This document shows, piece after piece, positions 10,886 to 28,445 of a stretch of 64,000 nt of DNA. Both the position numbers and the translations under genes were made by a program. The DNA is from Escherichia coli (GTDB taxonomy: Bacteria > Pseudomonadota > Gammaproteobacteria > Enterobacterales > Enterobacteriaceae). Under the pieces are notes generated by a model, which did no database searches, was not told the DNA's origin, and saw only the letters and a program-made list of their open reading frames with translations. The stretch lies in the NCBI RefSeq assembly GCF_003790525.1, contig NZ_CP033635.1. The stretch is one strand, 5' to 3'. Position 1 is the stretch's first letter; each line of letters starts with the position of its first letter.

Positions 10886-11341
10886 ATGAAAAACAAATTG
10901 TTATTTATGATGTTAACAATACTGGGTGCGCCTGGGATTGCAGCCGCAGCAGGTTATGATTTAGCTAATTCAGAATATAACTTCGCGGTAAATGAATTGA
11001 GTAAGTCTTCATTTAATCAGGCAGCCATAATTGGTCAAGCTGGGACTAATAATAGTGCTCAGTTACGGCAGGGAGGCTCAAAACTTTTGGCGGTTGTTGC
11101 GCAAGAAGGTAGTAGCAACCGGGCAAAGATTGACCAGACAGGAGATTATAACCTTGCATATATTGATCAGGCGGGCAATGCCAACGATGCCAGTATTTCG
11201 CAAGGTGCTTATGGTAATACTGCGATGATTATCCAGAAAGGTTCTGGTAATAAAGCAAATATTACACAGTATGGTACTCAAAAAACGGCAATTGTAGTGC
11301 AGAGACAGTCGCAAATGGCTATTCGCGTGACACAACGTTAA
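10886..11341 (+). CDS. csgB: minor curlin subunit / nucleator CsgB
   Basis: 151-aa product from MKNKLLFMMLTILGAPGIAAA; Q/N/G-rich repeats. Confidence 0.93.
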   Translation: MKNKLLFMMLTILGAPGIAAAAGYDLANSEYNFAVNELSKSSFNQAAIIGQAGTNNSAQLRQGGSKLLAVVAQEGSSNRAKIDQTGDYNLAYIDQAGNANDASISQGAYGNTAMIIQKGSGNKANITQYGTQKTAIVVQRQSQMAIRVTQR

Positions 11342-11381
11342 TTTCCATTCGACTTTTAAATCAATCCGATGGGGGTTTTAC

Positions 11382-11837
11382 ATGAAACTTTTAAAAGTAG
11401 CAGCAATTGCAGCAATCGTATTCTCTGGTAGCGCTCTGGCAGGTGTTGTTCCTCAGTACGGCGGCGGCGGTAACCACGGTGGTGGCGGTAATAATAGCGG
11501 CCCAAATTCAGAGCTGAACATTTACCAGTACGGTGGCGGTAACTCTGCACTTGCTCTGCAAGCTGACGCCCGTAACTCTGATCTGACCATTACCCAGCAC
11601 GGCGGCGGTAACGGCGCAGATGTTGGCCAAGGTTCTGATGACAGCTCAATCGATCTGACTCAGCGTGGTTTCGGCAACAGCGCTACTCTTGATCAGTGGA
11701 ATGGTAAAGATTCTACTATGACTGTTAAACAGTTCGGTGGCGGTAACGGTGCTGCTGTTGACCAGACTGCATCTAACTCCAGCGTTAACGTCACTCAGGT
11801 TGGCTTTGGTAACAACGCGACCGCTCATCAGTACTAA
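11382..11837 (+). CDS. csgA: major curlin subunit CsgA
   Basis: 151-aa ORF; signal peptide; repeated S-x5-Q-x-G-x-G-N-x-A-x3-Q amyloid repeats. Confidence 0.95.
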   Translation: MKLLKVAAIAAIVFSGSALAGVVPQYGGGGNHGGGGNNSGPNSELNIYQYGGGNSALALQADARNSDLTITQHGGGNGADVGQGSDDSSIDLTQRGFGNSATLDQWNGKDSTMTVKQFGGGNGAAVDQTASNSSVNVTQVGFGNNATAHQY

Positions 11838-11856
11838 TACACATCTGTATTAAAGA

Positions 11857-11883
11857 AACAGGGCGCAAGCCCTGTTTTTTTTC
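11857..11883 (+). terminator. rho-independent terminator after csgA
   Basis: hairpin acagggcgcaagccctgt followed by T8. Confidence 0.7.
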
Positions 11884-11894
11884 GGGAGAAGAAT

Positions 11895-12659
<765 letters not shown>

Positions 12660-12753
12660 GTTTCTGAACAACTCACCTTGCTGAGCAGAAAAATGCGATT
12701 TAACCAAAAAGCCTGCTGTACACTTAAGAAACAAGAAGGTGTAAGGAGGCGTT

Positions 12754-13287
12754 ATGAAAACGCGTATTCATGTTGTGCAGGGTGATATTACCAAACTGGC
12801 CGTTGATGTGATTGTGAATGCGGCTAATCCGTCATTAATGGGAGGCGGCGGCGTCGATGGGGCCATTCATCGCGCAGCGGGTCCGGCGCTGCTGGATGCC
12901 TGTTTAAAAGTCAGGCAACAGCAGGGCGATTGCCCTACGGGGCATGCCGTTATTACGCTTGCAGGCGATCTTCCCGCTAAAGCCGTAGTGCACACCGTCG
13001 GGCCAGTCTGGCGTGGTGGTGAACAAAACGAAGACCAGCTTTTGCAGGATGCCTATCTCAATAGCCTACGACTGGTGGCGGCAAACAGCTATACGTCAGT
13101 GGCTTTTCCTGCAATTAGTACTGGGGTTTATGGTTACCCTCGTGCGGCAGCGGCTGAAATCGCAGTAAAAACCGTTTCAGAATTTATTACCCGTCACGCT
13201 TTACCCGAACAGGTATACTTTGTCTGTTATGATGAAGAAAACGCCCACCTCTACGAAAGACTCCTTACTCAACAAGGAGATGAATGA
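12754..13287 (+). CDS. ymdB: macro-domain O-acetyl-ADP-ribose deacetylase YmdB
   Basis: 177-aa ORF; macro domain motifs [19 protein letters not shown]. Confidence 0.92.
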
Positions 13288-14710
13288 TTTGCCCCGGCTG
13301 GCGAGCGCGGTGCTGCCACTGTGTTCGCAACATCCCGGTCAGTGTGGCCTTTTTCCTCTGGAGAAAAGTCTGGATGCGTTTGCCGCCCGGTATCGTCTGG
13401 CCGAAATGGCAGAGCATACGCTGGATGTTCAGTATTACATCTGGCAGGACGATATGTCGGGTCGGTTACTGTTTTCCGCCCTGTTAGCCGCAGCAAAGCG
13501 TGGCGTTCGCGTCCGTTTGTTGCTGGACGACAACAATACGCCCGGACTTGACGACATTTTACGCTTGCTTGACAGTCATCCACGCATTGAAGTCCGGCTT
13601 TTTAATCCTTTCTCGTTTCGCTTGCTACGTCCGCTTGGTTATATCACCGACTTTTCCCGTCTCAATCGCCGTATGCACAATAAAAGTTTCACTGTCGATG
13701 GCGTGGTTACCCTGGTGGGAGGACGAAATATTGGTGATGCCTATTTTGGGGCAGGGGAAGAGCCACTTTTTTCGGATTTAGATGTCATGGCAATAGGACC
13801 GGTGGTAGAGGACGTTGCCGATGATTTCGCCCGCTACTGGTATTGCAAATCGGTTTCACCCTTACAGCAGGTGCTGGATGTCACGGAAGGTGAAATGGCG
13901 GATCGCATCGAGTTACCCGCCTCCTGGCATAACGATGCCATGACGCATCGTTATTTACGCAAAATGGAATCCAGTCCGTTTATAAATCATCTGGTTGATG
14001 GAACGTTGCCGCTTATCTGGGCGAAGACACGTTTATTAAGTGATGATCCGGCGAAAGGGGAGGGCAAGGCAAAACGGCATTCACTGTTACCGCAGCGCCT
14101 GTTCGATATCATGGGCTCACCCAGTGAACGCATCGATATTATCTCTTCCTATTTTGTACCGACACGCGCAGGTGTGGCGCAACTCTTACGTATGGTGAGA
14201 AAAGGGGTAAAGATTGCGATCCTAACCAATTCTCTTGCCGCTAACGATGTTGCTGTCGTCCATGCCGGATACGCACGCTGGCGCAAAAAATTGCTCCGCT
14301 ACGGCGTGGAATTATATGAACTCAAGCCGACGCGTGAACAAAGTAGTACGTTACACGATCGCGGCATCACCGGTAATTCCGGTGCCAGCCTGCATGCTAA
14401 AACCTTTAGCATCGATGGTAAAACGGTGTTTATCGGCTCTTTCAATTTCGATCCGCGTTCGACATTGCTCAATACTGAAATGGGCTTCGTGATAGAGAGC
14501 GAAACGCTGGCACAGTTAATTGATAAACGCTTTATTCAGAGCCAGTATGATGCGGCCTGGCAGCTCCGTCTGGACAGGTGGGGACGGATCAACTGGGTTG
14601 ATCGTCATGCAAAGAAAGAGATTGTTCTCAAAAAAGAACCCGCCACCAGTTTCTGGAAGCGGGTTATGGTCAGACTGGCGTCGATATTGCCCGTGGAATG
14701 GTTATTATAA
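13280..14710 (+). CDS. clsC: cardiolipin synthase C (phospholipase D family)
   Basis: ORF overlapping ymdB stop; two HxK(x4)D motifs (HNKSFTVDG and HAKTFSIDG); start ambiguous between ATG 13280 and TTG 13289. Confidence 0.88.
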   Translation: MNDLPRLASAVLPLCSQHPGQCGLFPLEKSLDAFAARYRLAEMAEHTLDVQYYIWQDDMSGRLLFSALLAAAKRGVRVRLLLDDNNTPGLDDILRLLDSHPRIEVRLFNPFSFRLLRPLGYITDFSRLNRRMHNKSFTVDGVVTLVGGRNIGDAYFGAGEEPLFSDLDVMAIGPVVEDVADDFARYWYCKSVSPLQQVLDVTEGEMADRIELPASWHNDAMTHRYLRKMESSPFINHLVDGTLPLIWAKTRLLSDDPAKGEGKAKRHSLLPQRLFDIMGSPSERIDIISSYFVPTRAGVAQLLRMVRKGVKIAILTNSLAANDVAVVHAGYARWRKKLLRYGVELYELKPTREQSSTLHDRGITGNSGASLHAKTFSIDGKTVFIGSFNFDPRSTLLNTEMGFVIESETLAQLIDKRFIQSQYDAAWQLRLDRWGRINWVDRHAKKEIVLKKEPATSFWKRVMVRLASILPVEWLL

Positions 14711-14717
14711 GCATGGC

Positions 14718-15875
14718 TTAACGGGCTGGTGCTTTATCGTTCTCACGCTTAACAACCGGTTTACCAGAGAACAAAAACTTCAGTAACGGGATGCGTAAAT
14801 GAATTTCATACAGAATTATCGCAATCCCTACTACGAATATCAGGCCACAGAGAAAACCAAGCCAGTTGGAGGTGATGTGCGGTGTAATGTACGCGCCGAA
14901 AAACAGCGTTAACGGGTGGTGAACCAGATAGATAAACAGCGATGCATTAACAAAGTAAGTCACCCGCGCTGACTGGAAGTTAAGCAAACGGTGGCCGAAG
15001 GAGAAGACCACATTCACCATCCACAGACCGAGGACCATGGTGATCACAGACTCGGTTTCGTACATCCAGGCATCGCCACTGCCATAGCGCTGGTTGAGTA
15101 AGTAAGCGACAAATGCCAATGCTGCTGCAAGGGTACAGCCACGAGACGGCGTGGTAAACAAGGCTTTAAGATGAGGGAAAATGAAAGCCAGTGCGCCGAG
15201 GATAAAGAACGGCAAATAAAATAGCGTTTGCATGACAATAAAATTGAACATGCCGTTACTCAGAATGGGCGGATACACAATAAAAATCGTTCTTCTTATT
15301 ACCGCATAACCGATGCCGAGGCACAAAAAAATCACCGATAGTTTTACCATCGAGAATTTTTTATTCGTTTTATCAGAATTTTCTAAATTATTTCTGATGC
15401 GTTTAAATATCCATACGCACAGCGTCGTCATGACTACTAACACCAGTAAAAACCACAGGTGTGATATTAATTCCCAGGCCAACGTATTATATTTGTCATA
15501 CAATGACAGTCCAGGCCAACTTTCCGCTTTCCCTTTGACGTATTGCAGCATAATAAATTGCGGCAATGTCAGTAGGGGGATGGCTGTTAACATCGGGATC
15601 CCTACACGTTTGACACGTACTTTCCACCATTTTTTCAAGGGATAGCGTAAAAAAAGCATGTAGGAAAAGTACCCGGATATAACGAAAAATACCTGCATGC
15701 GGAACGAGTGGATGAAGTCATTAAAAAGGGTCAGCCATAATGACGGTTCGGCGCTATTCACATGCCATGTATGGCTCGAATAGATTAAAGAAATATGAAA
15801 AGGGATCCCTAACAACATCAGCCAGGCGCGGATGGAGTCGAGGAAATATTCACGTTGCGCGGGTACTGGGTTCAT
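14718..15875 (-). CDS. opgC: osmoregulated periplasmic glucan succinyltransferase OpgC (acyltransferase-3 membrane protein)
   Basis: 385-aa polytopic membrane ORF, divergent from opgGH. Confidence 0.9.
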   Translation of the reverse strand: MNPVPAQREYFLDSIRAWLMLLGIPFHISLIYSSHTWHVNSAEPSLWLTLFNDFIHSFRMQVFFVISGYFSYMLFLRYPLKKWWKVRVKRVGIPMLTAIPLLTLPQFIMLQYVKGKAESWPGLSLYDKYNTLAWELISHLWFLLVLVVMTTLCVWIFKRIRNNLENSDKTNKKFSMVKLSVIFLCLGIGYAVIRRTIFIVYPPILSNGMFNFIVMQTLFYLPFFILGALAFIFPHLKALFTTPSRGCTLAAALAFVAYLLNQRYGSGDAWMYETESVITMVLGLWMVNVVFSFGHRLLNFQSARVTYFVNASLFIYLVHHPLTLFFGAYITPHITSNWLGFLCGLIFVVGIAIILYEIHLRIPLLKFLFSGKPVVKRENDKAPAR

Positions 15876-16157
15876 ATATGGTTAACTAATCTCGGATTTT
15901 TCGTCTTATCCCTGTCGGGTTATGCCTTTAGGCTTGTTGCCATAGCGACACCGACCTGACCGCGCCAGGCGCAGGCTTCAAGGTTTTTATGCATAGCATC
16001 ATCGCTACCACTAACCAGAATGGAAGCGTCTGTAAGACGGTTGATAAATAAATTTGCTGGCAAACCCTACACGAAGTCGATGCTTCTGTCTTTAGGAGAA
16101 GCACGGAAAGTGAAAACGGTTGCAATCAGGTGCTTAATCCATGAGCCAGCGTGCTGA

Positions 16158-20340
<4,183 letters not shown>

Positions 20341-20350
20341 AAACGTAGTT

Positions 20351-20450
20351 GCCTGATGCGCTACGCTTATCAGGCCTACATCGCTCCTGCAATGTATTGA
20401 TTTTGCAAGATTTTGTGGGTCGGATAAGGCGTTCACGCCACATCTGGCAA
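20351..20450. repeat. REP palindromic elements downstream of opgH
   Basis: gcctgatgcgctacgcttatcaggcctaca and ggataaggcgttcacgccacatc REP-like motifs. Confidence 0.65.
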
Positions 20451-20465
20451 AAACAACGAGCCAAT

Positions 20466-20497
20466 AAAAATACCGGCGTTATGCCGGTATTTTTTTA
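20466..20497 (+). terminator. rho-independent terminator
   Basis: hairpin taccggcgttatgccggta followed by T7. Confidence 0.65.
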
Positions 20498-20512
20498 CGG
20501 AAGAGGTATCAA

Positions 20513-20740
20513 ATGCGTTTAATTGTGGTGAGCATCATGGTGACCTTGCTGAGTGGCTGTGGCAGCATTATTAGTCGCACTATACCGGGGCAGGGGCATG
20601 GCAACCAATATTATCCCGGTGTGCAATGGGATGTGCGTGACTCCGCCTGGCGTTATGTCACGATCCTTGATCTGCCATTCTCCCTGGTTTTTGATACTTT
20701 ACTGCTGCCGATCGACATTCATCATGGCCCGTATGAGTAA
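20513..20740 (+). CDS. yceK: lipoprotein YceK
   Basis: 75-aa ORF with lipobox LLSGC. Confidence 0.85.
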   Translation: MRLIVVSIMVTLLSGCGSIISRTIPGQGHGNQYYPGVQWDVRDSAWRYVTILDLPFSLVFDTLLLPIDIHHGPYE

Positions 20741-21115
20741 TTAACGTTCATCCCACTCATCAGCTGCTGCGCGTCCTTCCTCGGTATCCAGCGGTGGCTC
20801 AAGCTGAAATTCCCCCTCGTCCCATTCATGTAATGTATTCTCTTCCTGCCACTCCTGGCGGATCTCTATCTCATCATAGTCGCCGTCAAAGACACTTTGC
20901 GCAGCTTCACCGCTAAGCATGGGTAAACATTCACCTTCTTCCCCTTCGTCGGCAAAAAACTCAACTTGCCACATGATGTCGCCGTCCTGCAAAACGTATT
21001 TTTGGGCATTGAACTGTTGCACATTCGCGTTTTCGGCGTCGATGCCGGGGTTGTCTGCAAGAAATTCTTCGCGTGCAGCGTCAATGGCTTCTTCAAGCGT
21101 TGCGTACATGGTCAT
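20741..21115 (-). CDS. msyB: acidic protein MsyB
   Basis: about 124-aa highly acidic (D/E-rich) ORF. Confidence 0.88.
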   Translation of the reverse strand: MTMYATLEEAIDAAREEFLADNPGIDAENANVQQFNAQKYVLQDGDIMWQVEFFADEGEEGECLPMLSGEAAQSVFDGDYDEIEIRQEWQEENTLHEWDEGEFQLEPPLDTEEGRAAADEWDER

Positions 21116-21197
21116 CACGATTCTCCCTTTGAGTTGATGAGGTTTCAGGGAAAAGGATAGCTGATTCTCCGCTTTTGCAAGTATGAAAGGCGAAAAA

Positions 21198-22424
21198 TCA
21201 GTTCGATACCTGGGGTATTCGACGACGACGTAGACTGTTCCATGAATAGACTGCGTTGAATAACACTACGCCAGCGGTGACGAGAAATACCGCTCTGAAA
21301 CCGTAGTTCGCTGAAATCGCGGCTCCCATCAATGGTCCGGTAACGTTTCCAATATCACGAAACGACTGGTTATAGCTGAAGATACGCCCGGCGATTTGGT
21401 TGCTCGAGTTGTAAACCAACAGTGTCTGTACGGCGGGGAGTAGTGCACCATCGGCGGCACCGAGCAAAAAACGTAAAATCCCAAGTTGTAATGGCGTCTG
21501 AACGTATGACATTGGGATCAACAGCAGTACAGAAAAGATCAGCGCCGTAATCAGGATCTTTTCGGGGCCGATTCGATCGCCAAGTTTGCCGAGTCGTGGT
21601 GCACTCAGCAGAGCCGCCACGCCTGGCACCGAGGCGATCATGCCACTGATAAAAGCGACGTTACTGACGTTACCCGCCAGTTCGCGGACATACAGCGTCA
21701 GAATGGGGGCAATTGAGCCCGTCGCCACCTGGATGATTAACGTGGTGACAAACAGGCTGAGTATCAGTTTCGGGTTTTTAAGTGATGTCACCACTTCCCG
21801 CATATGCAGCATCTCTTTTTTGCTGACCGGCTGGAATTTTTCTCTGATGCAAAACAGGGTGACGAAAAAGCAGAGTATGAGCACACTGGCGGTAATAAAG
21901 AATACCGGACGTAAGCCGTAGCTATCAGCGAGCAAACCGCCAGCCATTGGGCCGAGCAACGCGCCGCTAACGCCGCCTGTGGAGAGCGTACCCAGCGCCC
22001 AGCCGCTTTTATTACGCGGTACTTGTGTGGCGATAAGAGCATTAGCGTTGGGGACAAATCCGCCAAGTAAACCAAGAAGCGCCCGCAGGATCAAAAACTG
22101 CCAGATATTTTGTGCCAGTCCCATCAACACCATCACGATGCCCATGCCGAGAGCAGAGCGTAATAGCATGAGTTTTCGGCCTTTACGGTCGGCGAGTCCA
22201 CCCCAAAACGGTGAGGCGATGGCCGAAAATAAAAATGTAATGCTGAAGACAATACCGGACCACATATTCAGGGCGGAGTGACCGGTAACGCCAAGCTGCT
22301 CAACGTAGAGGGGTAAGAAGGGCATTACCAGACTGAAGGCGGCACCGGTAAGAAAACAGCCTAGCCAGGCGACGATCAGGTTTCGTTTCCAGTTTATAGG
22401 GGTGTCATTTTCACAGGGTGACAT
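21198..22424 (-). CDS. mdtG: MFS multidrug efflux transporter MdtG
   Basis: 408-aa 12-TM MFS-like ORF. Confidence 0.92.
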   Translation of the reverse strand: MSPCENDTPINWKRNLIVAWLGCFLTGAAFSLVMPFLPLYVEQLGVTGHSALNMWSGIVFSITFLFSAIASPFWGGLADRKGRKLMLLRSALGMGIVMVLMGLAQNIWQFLILRALLGLLGGFVPNANALIATQVPRNKSGWALGTLSTGGVSGALLGPMAGGLLADSYGLRPVFFITASVLILCFFVTLFCIREKFQPVSKKEMLHMREVVTSLKNPKLILSLFVTTLIIQVATGSIAPILTLYVRELAGNVSNVAFISGMIASVPGVAALLSAPRLGKLGDRIGPEKILITALIFSVLLLIPMSYVQTPLQLGILRFLLGAADGALLPAVQTLLVYNSSNQIAGRIFSYNQSFRDIGNVTGPLMGAAISANYGFRAVFLVTAGVVLFNAVYSWNSLRRRRIPQVSN

Positions 22425-22595
22425 AGCAATCCGCTGTTGGTGCGCCAGGCGCGGTGAACATAAGAAGAAAAGATAAGCACACTAATTATGCGCCCGACTT
22501 CCAGGGGGCGCAATCCAGAGAGCTTTTATCGCTAAATCAGGGGGATTTGCTGTGGTAATGCCGGATGCCATTCTGAAGCATCCAGCATGGAAGAT

Positions 22596-23516
22596 TTAAT
22601 AGCGTGAAGGAACGCCTTCCGGGCGTGTTTTAAAGCGACGGTGTAACCACATATACTGCTCTGGTGCCATCATGATGCATTTTTCGACCACTTTGTTCAT
22701 CCACGCGGCGGTGGTTTCGGCATCATCCAGCGGCGGAGAACACTCTGGCGGCAGTATAATCAACTGATACCCTTTGCCATCTGGCTTACGGCATGGAACG
22801 AAGGGCACCAGACATGCGCCGGACATCCGTGCCAGCATCCAGGTTCCGGTCGTGGTCGCAGCCTGCTCAACGGCAAACAACGGGACGAAAACGCTTGAGC
22901 GCGGGCCGTAATCATGATCCGGTGCGTACCAGACCACTTCGCCTTTTTTCAGGGCTTTAATCATGCCTTTTAAATCTTTGCGGTCGAGCATCGATTTATT
23001 TGAGCGTAAACGGCCCCAGGTTTGTAGCCAGTCAATCAGTGGATTATCGTTCGGGCGGTAAACGCCAATCCCCGGTTCCTGCATACCAAACTGCCGCGCA
23101 CCAAGCTCCAGTGTCAGAAAATGGATGCCAACTAACAGGATGCCGCGTTTTTGCGCCTGCACGTCACGAATGTGTTCCATGCCGATCACTTCCGTCCAGC
23201 GGGCGATTCTGCGGTCCGACCAGAACCACGCCATGCCAGTTTCCATCAGTCCCATGCCAACGGATTCGAAATTCTTCACCACCATTTTACGGCGTTCTTG
23301 TTCGCTCATTTCCGGGAAGCACAGTTCCAGGTTGCGATGCACAATTTTTGCGCGTCGTTTCATAAAACGTAACGCAAGTTTTCCTAATCCACAACCGAGG
23401 CGGTAGATAACCGGGTAGGGCAATTGCACGACTAACCAAAGTACGCCAATACCCAACCAGGTTAACCAATAACGCGGATGAAGCAGTGCGGTGGAGAACT
23501 TGGGTAGATTCGTCAT
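22596..23516 (-). CDS. lpxL: lipid A biosynthesis lauroyltransferase LpxL (HtrB)
   Basis: 306-aa product from [17 protein letters not shown]; track ORF extends 21 codons upstream. Confidence 0.92.
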   Translation of the reverse strand: MTNLPKFSTALLHPRYWLTWLGIGVLWLVVQLPYPVIYRLGCGLGKLALRFMKRRAKIVHRNLELCFPEMSEQERRKMVVKNFESVGMGLMETGMAWFWSDRRIARWTEVIGMEHIRDVQAQKRGILLVGIHFLTLELGARQFGMQEPGIGVYRPNDNPLIDWLQTWGRLRSNKSMLDRKDLKGMIKALKKGEVVWYAPDHDYGPRSSVFVPLFAVEQAATTTGTWMLARMSGACLVPFVPCRKPDGKGYQLIILPPECSPPLDDAETTAAWMNKVVEKCIMMAPEQYMWLHRRFKTRPEGVPSRY

Positions 23517-23740
23517 ATCAATCCTGTTTTTCAACCTATACGGGCAATTGTATGTATTGTCGCATTTTTTCGTCCGCAACCAAAATTTGTGACTGAAGAC
23601 TGGGCGAAATTGCCGCGATTGTAAATAACAAATAATTTTTAATGCGCAAATGTAGCGTAAAATGTGTGGATGTTAATTATCGATAATTGCTATATCATGC
23701 CGCGGATTTTTACTTTCCCATCTCGCAGGAACCGTACACC

Positions 23741-24793
23741 ATGCCAGTGTTACACAACCGCATTTCCAACGACGCGTTAAAAGCCAAAATGTTGGCTGAG
23801 AGCGAACCGCGAACCACCATTTCGTTTTATAAGTATTTCCACATCGCCGATCCTAAGGCGACCCGTGACGCTTTATATCAGCTGTTTACCGCGCTGAATG
23901 TTTTTGGGCGAGTGTATCTGGCGCATGAGGGCATTAACGCGCAAATCAGCGTACCTGCGAGCAATGTTGAAACATTTCGCGCGCAGCTTTATGCCTTCGA
24001 CCCGGCTTTAGAGGGCTTACGCCTGAATATCGCGTTGGAAGATGACGGGAAATCCTTCTGGGTACTGCGCATGAAGGTCCGCGATCGTATCGTTGCCGAC
24101 GGTATTGACGATCCTCACTTTGATGCCAGCAATGTGGGTGAGTATCTGCAAGCGGCGGAAGTGAACGCCATGCTTGACGATCCCGATGCATTGTTTATCG
24201 ACATGCGTAACCACTATGAGTATGAAGTGGGGCACTTTGAAAACGCGCTGGAAATTCCGGCAGATACCTTCCGTGAGCAGCTGCCAAAAGCAGTTGAGAT
24301 GATGCAGGCACATAAAGATAAAAAAATCGTCATGTACTGCACCGGCGGCATTCGTTGTGAAAAAGCCAGTGCCTGGATGAAACATAACGGATTCAATAAA
24401 GTCTGGCATATCGAGGGTGGAATTATTGAATACGCCCGTAAGGCGCGCGAGCAGGGCTTGCCGGTGCGTTTTATTGGCAAAAATTTTGTTTTTGACGAGC
24501 GGATGGGCGAACGTATATCTGATGAGATTATCGCGCATTGCCACCAGTGCGGTGCGCCGTGCGACAGCCATACCAACTGTAAAAATGATGGCTGCCATCT
24601 GCTTTTTATTCAGTGTCCAGTATGTGCGGAAAAATACAAAGGTTGTTGTAGTGAGATTTGCTGCGAAGAAAGCGCGTTACCGCCAGAGGAACAGCGACGC
24701 CGTCGGGCAGGACGTGAAAATGGCAATAAGATCTTTAATAAGTCTCGTGGACGTCTGAATACAACACTGGGCATTCCTGATCCAACAGAGTAA
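23741..24793 (+). CDS. trhO: rhodanese-domain tRNA uridine(34) hydroxylase TrhO (YceA)
   Basis: 350-aa product from [17 protein letters not shown]; rhodanese active-site Cys ([11 protein letters not shown]) and C-terminal Cys-rich tail. Confidence 0.9.
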   Translation: MPVLHNRISNDALKAKMLAESEPRTTISFYKYFHIADPKATRDALYQLFTALNVFGRVYLAHEGINAQISVPASNVETFRAQLYAFDPALEGLRLNIALEDDGKSFWVLRMKVRDRIVADGIDDPHFDASNVGEYLQAAEVNAMLDDPDALFIDMRNHYEYEVGHFENALEIPADTFREQLPKAVEMMQAHKDKKIVMYCTGGIRCEKASAWMKHNGFNKVWHIEGGIIEYARKAREQGLPVRFIGKNFVFDERMGERISDEIIAHCHQCGAPCDSHTNCKNDGCHLLFIQCPVCAEKYKGCCSEICCEESALPPEEQRRRRAGRENGNKIFNKSRGRLNTTLGIPDPTE

Positions 24794-24834
24794 ATATCAT
24801 TGCCGGATGCGTGCCATCCGGCAACATTTCACTC

Positions 24835-25410
24835 TTACTTCTGCTGTACGCCTTCCACTGAAATAATCAGATCCACTTCCTGAGAAGCTGGACCTAAATC
24901 TGTTTTGATATTGAAGTCCTTGAGCTTAATTTTGCCTTCGGCCTCGAAGCCTGCACGTTTACCACCCCACGGGTCGTCGCCTTGACCAATTAATTTCGCT
25001 TCCAGCGTGACGGGTTTGGTTACGCCATTCAGCGTCAGATCGCCGGTAATATCCAGTTCGTCACCGTCTTTCTTCACGCTGGTGGAGGTGAATGTTGCCT
25101 GTGGATATTTTGCAGTATTGAGGAAATCTGCACTGCGAAGATGTTTATCGCGTTCGGCGTGATTAGTATCGACGCTGGTGGTGTTAATTGTCACATTCAC
25201 TTTATCGGCAGCCGGATTTTTTTCATCAAAGGTAAAAGTACCGTCGAAATCTTTAAAGGTGCCATATAACCAGCTATAGCCAAGATGCTGGATGCGGAAG
25301 TTAACAAAGGCGTGCTGACCTTCTTTGTCAATTTTGTAATCGGCGGCAACCGCTGAACCGGCAGAGAACATCAGGGAAGCGAAGGTTAAACCAAGCAGGC
25401 TTTTTTTCAT
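24835..25410 (-). CDS. yceI: periplasmic polyisoprenoid-binding protein YceI
   Basis: 191-aa ORF with signal peptide. Confidence 0.9.
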
Positions 25411-25413
25411 TTT

Positions 25414-25980
25414 TTATACTCCATAGTCAGATGACGACTTTCCCAGCATGCGCTTCAGAGTGTCGTCTTTATCGATGAAATGATGCTTCAGGGCCATAAA
25501 TCCATGCATAACGGACAGTACTACGACGCTCCACGCGAGCCAAAAATGCAGGGCACCGGCAAAGTCAGCCTGTGCGCCAGCGTCGGCGAGGGTCGCGGGG
25601 ACGTCAAACCAGCCAAAAACGCTGATCGGTTTACCATCGGCAGTTGAGATCAGATAGCCGCTGATGCCGATGGCGAACAGCAATAGGTACAATGCGAGAT
25701 GTCCAGCCTTTGCGCCAAGACGAGTCATTGACGAATAACTTTGCAGCGGACCCGGCGGTGGAGATATGACGCGCCACAGAACGCGAATAACCAGCCCCAT
25801 CATTAACAAAATACCGATGCTTTTATGCAGTTCGGGTGCTTTGTGATACCAGCCATCGTAATAACTGAGCGTGACCATCCACAGACCTAAAGCAAACATG
25901 CCGTAGACAATAATTGCGCTTATCCAATGTAAGGCCGCAGATATAACACCATAGCGTTCAGGGGTATTTGTGAATGACAT
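25414..25980 (-). CDS. yceJ: cytochrome b561 family protein YceJ
   Basis: 188-aa membrane ORF from MSFTNTPERYG. Confidence 0.88.
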   Translation of the reverse strand: MSFTNTPERYGVISAALHWISAIIVYGMFALGLWMVTLSYYDGWYHKAPELHKSIGILLMMGLVIRVLWRVISPPPGPLQSYSSMTRLGAKAGHLALYLLLFAIGISGYLISTADGKPISVFGWFDVPATLADAGAQADFAGALHFWLAWSVVVLSVMHGFMALKHHFIDKDDTLKRMLGKSSSDYGV

Positions 25981-26217
25981 AAGTGCATCCAAAACGAATT
26001 TGCGAGAGAAAGAAAATGGCGTGTCGGAGAATGAATTGCAACACAAAAATAACAAATCGAATGATATTTATTTTTATTTCAATAATTTTGAATTAATAAT
26101 GAAAGAATCTTCATAAGTTTAGTGGGTTCAGCATCAGAGATGTCTGGTGAGTGCTGTTGAAGCAGGAATAATCTCATTCAATTTTTCACGCTAAATGAAA
26201 GGGAGATTAAATATTTG

Positions 26218-26382
26218 TCAGTTTATGTCAGTGCGGAAAACTAAAAATAAAACACATAGATCAGATCCATAATTGCCAACAATCCCCAGAGAAAAAGATA
26301 AAGCATCAGATGCTCGCGAATATTATTGATGAGATAGTGCAACAGCCGACGCATTAAATACTCCTGTAAAAACGGCCTCATT
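26218..26382 (-). CDS. yceO: small protein YceO (short ORF, start uncertain)
   Basis: short ORF translated by hand ([34 protein letters not shown]...), between yceJ and solA; not in ORF track because under 60 aa. Confidence 0.4.
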
Positions 26383-26401
26383 CTGGAGGCCGTAATGATG
26401 A

Positions 26402-27520
26402 TTATTGGAAGCGGGAAAGCCTGAATGGCGTCAAATCAAAATCGCTTTTTTTGTCTTGCGCAAAATCGGCAGCTATTTCCCCTAAAACTGACGCAAATTT
26501 AAAACCGTGCCCACTCAGGCCGGTAATGAGCAGTGTATTATCGTGGGCGGGTAGAGTATCGATAATAAAATCCTCGTCAGGAGAATTATCATAGGTGCAG
26601 GCAGCGCCGTACAGGCAGCAACCGATACCCGGCAACACATTGCGCAAGAACGGGAAGGCTTCCGAACCATCGCTGACCACTTCCGCAAACGGAACACGTT
26701 CATCCGCTGAATGGATAACCTGGCCTCCGTTATGTTTGCCAATCTTCAACGCGTCGTTTTCTGCCGGAAAACCATAATATTGATCGCCATTGGGCAGTTC
26801 ACCGGTAAACGCCGGGAATTTATTCTTCACGCTATAGCGACCATCGGCCTGATACCAGGCAAATACTTTGCGTACGGGCTGGACAGGCAGCTCCGGGAGT
26901 AGGTCTTTTACCCATGTTCCCGCGCAGACAATCGCTTTTTTCGCCTGATACTCACCGTCTGCCGTTTCAATAGTTACGCCATCATCGTCATGACGAATTT
27001 CGGTGACCGGGCAGTTGAACAGCTGCGCACAGCCCGCTTCCTTCGCCAGTTGGATCCAGGTTTTAATCGCCAGTTCGCTGCGCAAAAAACCGGAATCAGT
27101 TTCAAATAAACCGATGTAGTTGTCCGGGACGCGTATTTCTGGCCAGCGGGCCATAATCCCTTGCGCGTCGAGCTGTTCAACGTTGAGTTGCCACTGTTCG
27201 GCGCTGTGGGCGACGTTGGCGAGAAATGCTGAGTCAGCCGGACCGAGGTTAATGACACCAGAGCGTACAAAAATGGGATCATCTTCGTTGTGGCGGGAAA
27301 GTTCATCCCACAGCATTTGCGCGCGGAGGACCAGCGGGACATACTTTTCGCCTTCACCATAAGCATGGCGAATTAATCGCGTATCGCCGTGGTGGCTGCC
27401 GTGTTGATGCGGTGGCATATGGGCGTCGGTCATTAGCACGTTTAAACCGGCGCGGGTTGCATAATACCCGGCGGCAGCGCCTACGGAACCGCTGCCAATA
27501 ATGATGAGATCGTATTTCAT
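26402..27520 (-). CDS. solA: N-methyl-L-tryptophan oxidase SolA (FAD-dependent)
   Basis: 372-aa ORF; N-terminal FAD Rossmann motif [16 protein letters not shown]. Confidence 0.93.
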
Positions 27521-27634
27521 TTTTTTCTCTCTGCTCTCATGGTTTAAGCAGAGTAATTAACTGAATGCAGATATACAACCCAGAAATGGTAAAGGCACCG
27601 GTGAGGTGCCTTTTGGGTGGATGGTCATGTCATG

Positions 27635-27889
27635 TTAATGACGCCGATACTCGTTTACCGGGAAATCACCGGATTCAATTTTGGCGATTCCTGCTTCTAA
27701 TATCGAAATAAATTGTCTGGCAACATCAGTGGTTAACCAGAGCGTCTGACCAACTTCAGTCCCTTCCTGCTCGGACTTATTTGGGGTCTGGTAGTGCAAA
27801 CGCAACATCAGCGCATCATAGCTATCAACGGTGCTGATGTCCCACCCTACGAGCGGATGAGTCTGAATGACTTCATTATTTTTTTCCAT
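27635..27889 (-). CDS. bssS: biofilm regulator BssS
   Basis: 84-aa ORF MEKNNEVIQTHPLVGW. Confidence 0.88.
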   Translation of the reverse strand: MEKNNEVIQTHPLVGWDISTVDSYDALMLRLHYQTPNKSEQEGTEVGQTLWLTTDVARQFISILEAGIAKIESGDFPVNEYRRH

Positions 27890-28178
27890 CATGGCCCCCT
27901 AATTCGTGTTACTAGACAACGTTATTCGAGGTTCAATGCGTTTTTATCTGAAGCAACTTCAGTATACCAATAAGTAAGGGTATTCACCGAATTTTTAAAG
28001 GGGGGAACAGATAAATTTCTGCTTTTAAGATTTATATGAACAATAAAACAGCATGTCATTCATATTTTTTTAGCATATTGTGCAATTATTTTGAGGAAGT
28101 GTAGAAATTTTGTACTCACAATTCGCAAGTAAAATAAAAAAGCCGGGGCGACCCGGCAAAAACAAAAATCACTGCATA

Positions 28179-28424
28179 TTATTCGCTGACAAACCAGTCA
28201 TCGGCGCTTTCCCACGTTTCCTGGAGAATTTCGCTAATGCGCTGTTTATCTTCTTTTGTTGCGCCAATAACCGATAAATTATTCGCTGCGGCATAACGTA
28301 CCGATACGTGGCCTTCATTATCAGGAAACGCATACTGAATACGGCGGGAAAGTTCGCCAGCCAGGGCGTCAATAGCCCCAGCTGGCAATGGAGAAGTTTT
28401 CGCTATGGTGACTTCAATTCGCAT
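28179..28424 (-). CDS. dinI: DNA damage-inducible protein DinI
   Basis: 81-aa product from MRIEVTIAKTSPL; LexA box immediately upstream. Confidence 0.92.
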   Translation of the reverse strand: MRIEVTIAKTSPLPAGAIDALAGELSRRIQYAFPDNEGHVSVRYAAANNLSVIGATKEDKQRISEILQETWESADDWFVSE

Positions 28425-28445
28425 AATAGCCCCCTGTTGAATATA

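Noticed and set aside
24017-24598. 193-aa ORF on - strand
   Set aside because: Antisense within trhO (yceA); no supporting features.
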